Shown: positions 8,311-11,374 of the stretch, in pieces
Layout: every line of letters begins with the position of its first letter
Numbering within the stretch: position 1 is the stretch's first letter
Source: Oligoflexus sp.
GTDB taxonomy: Bacteria > Bdellovibrionota_B > Oligoflexia > Oligoflexales > Oligoflexaceae
Direction of reading: 5' to 3'
DNA: 11,374 nt
Assembly: GCA_041736305.1 (NCBI GenBank)
Contig: JBGSTX010000299.1
Location: 1 to 11,374 of the forward strand
Position numbers and translations under genes: made by a program
The notes under the pieces: generated by a model
Database searches by the model: none
Seen by the model: only the letters and a program-made list of their open reading frames with translations
What the model was told of the DNA's origin: nothing

Positions 8311-8529
8311 ATGCAGACGAAATTAGCCTTTCTCTTTGTCCTCCACGTCATCGGCCTCGGCCTTTTTCTCGCGCGCCGCGGTGCTCAGCTGAGCGGACGC
8401 AACATCATTTTTCTCGTGGGCTATCTTTTTGTATTCTATGCTGCGTGGGGCACGGCGATGAACTCGATGCCGAGCATTTTCGTGCCTACGGAGCCGGGGG
8501 ATGTAGGAGGTGAAGGCGCTGCTCCGTAA
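8311..8529 (+). CDS. Small hypothetical membrane protein (two predicted TM helices)
   Basis: 72 aa from ATG 8311 (or 74 aa from TTG 8305, overlapping the upstream TGA). Hydrophobic stretches LAFLFVLHVIGLGLFLA and IIFLVGYLFVFYAAWG; acidic Gly/Pro-rich tail; abuts the Wzy-like gene. Confidence 0.65.
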   Translation: MQTKLAFLFVLHVIGLGLFLARRGAQLSGRNIIFLVGYLFVFYAAWGTAMNSMPSIFVPTEPGDVGGEGAAP

Positions 8530-8707
8530 TCAAGCCATGCTTAGGTTCTCACACCTTTCGAAAAGCAATAATGCGAAGCGCGCGCTGGATCCTCGAGGAA
8601 ACTATACAGACTCCGATTCGTGTGGCGGAATAAAGACTTTTGTATCATAGCGAAGCTGCTGCTAAGCTGATGAAAAGCCTTCAGGAACAGACATAAGGAT
8701 CCGAGCG

Positions 8708-9451
8708 ATGAGAAAGCGTCTTCTTGCAATTTTCCCTCTCTTGCTTGAACATTTTGCTATGGCCCAGACCGCTCCAAAGCCAACGCCTAAGCCTAAAGTG
8801 GCCCCCGCTCCTACGTCGAACTCCAAACCAAGCCTCAAGGCGCAGCAGGCACCTAGCGAGCCCAAGCCTAGCCCACAAACGCGCAGCGGCCAGACCCACG
8901 CGACGACCACTCTCTCTGAATTCGAGCGGCGAGATAAGACCCTCATGGTCGGCCTAGAAATGGGCTTCACGTTGAGCTTTGTAAGCGGTCTGAGAGCAGG
9001 CTATTTCATCACCCCAAACCTCATCGCTGAGGGCAGCTATGCGACCGGCATCGTGAGTTTTCTCGGCTACGGTGGTGATAAGACACTGATCGAAGCGAAG
9101 CTCAAGTATTTCATCGGCAACAGCTTCTACGTAGACTTAGGCTACAGCCGTGAGAACTGGGACCTCACGCTCCCCATCTTCAACGATAAGACCTTTGATG
9201 TTGTCGACATTAAGGGACAGGTGCAAAACGACGGTCTAGGTATTAGAATTGGCAATCAGTGGCAGTGGCAAAGCTTTACGCTGGGCTGCGACTGGGTCGG
9301 AGCTTTCTCAGCATTTTCAACTAAGGCCAGTTTCGAGACTCTCGGCGATTTGGAGGAAGTTCAAAGGGCCCGAGAGGAAGATGACGCCATCACTAACTTC
9401 GGAGGGAACAGCGCCCACCTCTTGCGCTTGTACTTGGGTTGGGCATTTTAA
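8708..9451 (+). CDS. Predicted small outer-membrane beta-barrel protein with Pro/Lys-rich N-terminal linker
   Basis: 247 aa. Signal-peptide-like N-terminus (cleavage near AMA|Q), low-complexity APKPTPKPKVAPAP..EPKPSP, amphipathic strands (GLRAGYF, FYVDLGYS, GLGIRIGNQWQW), C-terminal BAM-type signal YLGWAF. TAAGGA SD upstream. Confidence 0.75.
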   Translation: MRKRLLAIFPLLLEHFAMAQTAPKPTPKPKVAPAPTSNSKPSLKAQQAPSEPKPSPQTRSGQTHATTTLSEFERRDKTLMVGLEMGFTLSFVSGLRAGYFITPNLIAEGSYATGIVSFLGYGGDKTLIEAKLKYFIGNSFYVDLGYSRENWDLTLPIFNDKTFDVVDIKGQVQNDGLGIRIGNQWQWQSFTLGCDWVGAFSAFSTKASFETLGDLEEVQRAREEDDAITNFGGNSAHLLRLYLGWAF

Positions 9452-9462
9452 GGTCCGTAGTT

Positions 9463-9482
9463 CCCGCCTTCCACGAGGCGGG
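9463..9482. terminator. GC-rich hairpin after the barrel gene (terminator-like or REP-like)
   Basis: CCCGCCT-TCCACG-AGGCGGG, 11 nt after the stop codon. No U-tract on either strand. Confidence 0.35.
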
Positions 9483-9501
9483 CTCAAGCCAACTCATTCA
9501 T

Positions 9502-9529
9502 TTGCACAAAAAGCAGCAAAACCTAAAAT
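9502..9529 (+). promoter_or_regulatory. Putative sigma70 promoter
   Basis: TTGCAC (9502-9507), 16-nt A-rich spacer, TAAAAT (9524-9529). Confidence 0.4.
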
Positions 9530-10076
9530 ATGTTCTGGGGATCATGCCATGACAGCAAGCTTAATCCTCAAGCGCCTTGGCCCTTTTCGCGTTCTGGATC
9601 ATGAGTAACAGTCCTGCCTTCTACAGTCAGTCCTATCTTCCCGGACGAACCATAAGAAAATAGTCGTTTGGCAAGCCCTGCAAGTGAATATCGGAAAAAA
9701 TATCTTTAATGGTTTGTACCGCGATCTCAAGCAGAATCTATCCTTTAGAACTTTGCCTTGTGGTGGCGAAAATGCATCAGACTCGGCCGTTGCCATGCCA
9801 TTCGCCATGGCCTGTACATTACATATCTCACCTCTGGCGAGAACCTGTATCTTTTTGTGCGACGCCTGAACACAGCCACGGGTGTCGAAGTTCTACTCGC
9901 ATTCCACTTCTTTTTGCCAGTCCCTCGCTGCGACTGTGAACTAAACCCAAGTAACTATGGGTAGATAGTACTTGGCGCAATAAATGTATCTGGAATAGGT
10001 AGGGCTGATCTTCAGAAAGAGCCACAATCGGCTTCCTTCCGACTTTTTAGTAAAACCTTTTCTATGGAAAATTAAC

Positions 10077-11042
10077 ATGAACTTGCTGCGGCTGCGTCTT
10101 CTCTTGCTACCTTTGCTCTCCCTAGTTGTTTTTTCACAAGCTTGTTCCAAAAGTGAAGATTCCGAAAGCCAAGGTATTTCTTCTACTACTTGTGAGACTC
10201 AGTATCCAATCCTGCTAGTCCATGGGGTAGCATTGCGCGACAAGCTCTTGGGCATCAGTTACTTTAACCGCATTCCCAAATACCTCAGCGACAACTGCAA
10301 GGTTCCCATCTTCTTTGGCAACACCGATGCTTTTGGACTAGGCGAAGACAATGCAGATCAGCTAAAAAAGACAATTATCAACATCACCGACAATCTCGGC
10401 TACGGCAAGGTCAATGTTATTGCCCACTCCAAAGGTGGTCTCGATATGCGCTTCATGTTCTATAGGAATAATGGAACTGAGTTTGACGGACGCACTTTGA
10501 ACGACCGCGTCGCATCTTTTACCACCCTTGGTACGCCGCACCGGGGAAGTGTCCTAGCCGATTATCTGTTTGAAAAAATAAGTGCTAATGGCGAAGATCT
10601 TCTCGACAAGGTTCTCACCGTCTTTGGCCGAATCATTGGCGATTCGAACCATACTGACCCGCAAGGCGCTCTAGATCTCTTGACCCGTAAATCTATGGAA
10701 AAGTGGAACGCGACTATGGGCGATCTCGAAAAAGGTATCGATGGCGTCTACTGCCAAAGTTGGGCCGGGTTCATCTCAGGCGCTATCTCCGATCCCGTCT
10801 TTTTTTCGACTTCGAGCATCATGGCCCAACAGGGAAGTCCGGTCAACGATGGAGCCGTGGAAGAACCCTCGGCCATCTATGGCAATTATCGAGGAACGGT
10901 GGGCAGTGGCATGATAGGGGGCGTCTCGCATATGGCCCTGGTCGATAAAGCGCAACTCATCACCAACGGCGTAACGCCCGGCTTTGATCCACGGGTATTT
11001 TATCAGAAAATACTCTCTGAGCTTTCTGAGAGAGGTTATTAA
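10077..11042 (+). CDS. Lipase/esterase (alpha/beta hydrolase), predicted lipoprotein
   Basis: 321 aa. Leu-rich signal ending SQA-C23 followed by a Ser/Glu-rich tether. Oxyanion motif YPILLVHG, nucleophile elbow AHSKGG, TLGTPHRGS, catalytic Asp in NDGAV, His in VSHMAL. Confidence 0.88.
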   Translation: MNLLRLRLLLLPLLSLVVFSQACSKSEDSESQGISSTTCETQYPILLVHGVALRDKLLGISYFNRIPKYLSDNCKVPIFFGNTDAFGLGEDNADQLKKTIINITDNLGYGKVNVIAHSKGGLDMRFMFYRNNGTEFDGRTLNDRVASFTTLGTPHRGSVLADYLFEKISANGEDLLDKVLTVFGRIIGDSNHTDPQGALDLLTRKSMEKWNATMGDLEKGIDGVYCQSWAGFISGAISDPVFFSTSSIMAQQGSPVNDGAVEEPSAIYGNYRGTVGSGMIGGVSHMALVDKAQLITNGVTPGFDPRVFYQKILSELSERGY

Positions 11043-11090
11043 GCAGGAACGTTAGCCCGACCTTCATGCCCACCTGGGGCAAAATCAGCT

Positions 11091-11374
11091 TTGAACATGT
11101 GCTCGCCGCAATCCACTTCCTTTTAAGGGGTGGTCAAGGCGAGCTGCTAAGGTTTCGCGTAGCGAATACCGCCGCTCACTAAGCTACGTTCCTCCCACTG
11201 ACGGTCTTCGCCAAGTTTTGTCCTTATTTCGTCTGGCATTGGTAAAGCGCAGTGATTGCTCAATCTGCCTTTTTTCTGACGGCTTACGCTGCTCTTCAAT
11301 ATAGGCACGCACGACTTCAAGTGGAGCTCCTCCACACGACACTACACAGTAGCTCGGACTCCAAAAGTGCTCAC
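11091..11374 (-). mobile_element. IS200/IS605-family insertion sequence, one end (partial)
   Basis: tnpA 3' end plus a subterminal imperfect hairpin: GCTCGCC (11101-11107)/GGCGAGC (11138-11144) enclosing CCACTTCCTTTTAAGGGGTGG. TTGAA (TTCAA on the minus strand) at 11091-11095 is the candidate boundary. Confidence 0.8.
11184..11374 (-). CDS. tnpA: IS200/IS605 Y1 (HUH) transposase TnpA, C-terminal part (5'-truncated by window edge)
   Basis: Manual translation from 11372: EHFWSPSYCVVSCGGAPLEVVRAYIEEQRKPSEKRQIEQSLRFTNARRNKDKTWRRPSVGGT*. WSPSY...SCGGAP....YIE.Q is the characteristic C-terminus carrying the catalytic Tyr. Confidence 0.92.
   Translation of the reverse strand, partial: EHFWSPSYCVVSCGGAPLEVVRAYIEEQRKPSEKRQIEQSLRFTNARRNKDKTWRRPSVGGT

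Noticed and set aside
8537-8650. 37-codon plus-strand ORF and short palindromes in the 8530-8707 gap
   Set aside because: No SD, unremarkable composition, and the palindromes are short enough to be chance.
9599-10150. Several 60-76-aa ORFs in the long intergenic region
   Set aside because: Mutually overlapping, no SD or recognisable motifs; none can be preferred from sequence alone.
11067-11081. TGCCC/GGGCA mini-hairpin after the lipase as a terminator
   Set aside because: Only 5 bp and followed by As rather than a U-tract on the plus strand.
11147-11335. 62-aa minus-strand ORF in the track
   Set aside because: Alternative frame of tnpA; the transposase motifs are in the frame ending at 11184.
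1-11374. CRISPR array, tRNA or rRNA genes
   Set aside because: No regularly spaced repeats or recognisable structural RNA sequences seen by eye.

Overview
Bacterial chromosomal window, moderately GC-rich; the protein repertoire loosely suggests a Bdellovibrionota/Oligoflexia-like or deltaproteobacterial host (weak inference). Left: a four-gene, overlapping DNA-repair run on + comprising the 3' end of an ATP-dependent DNA ligase (missed by the ORF track), a ligase-associated DEXH (Lhr-core) helicase, the PdeM/MPE metallophosphoesterase and a class I CPD photolyase. Convergent with the photolyase is an unannotated 35-codon ORF whose strong Shine-Dalgarno can be sequestered by an anti-SD hairpin. 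Middle: a large predicted outer-membrane beta-barrel (-), divergent from an O-antigen-ligase/Wzy-family membrane protein and a small two-TM protein (+), across an intergenic region with a near-consensus sigma70 promoter. Right: a small beta-barrel protein with a Pro/Lys-rich linker, a 625-bp intergenic region with a promoter-like element and hairpins, and a lipoprotein lipase. The window ends with the 3' end of an IS200/IS605 tnpA (also missed by the ORF track) and its terminal hairpin.
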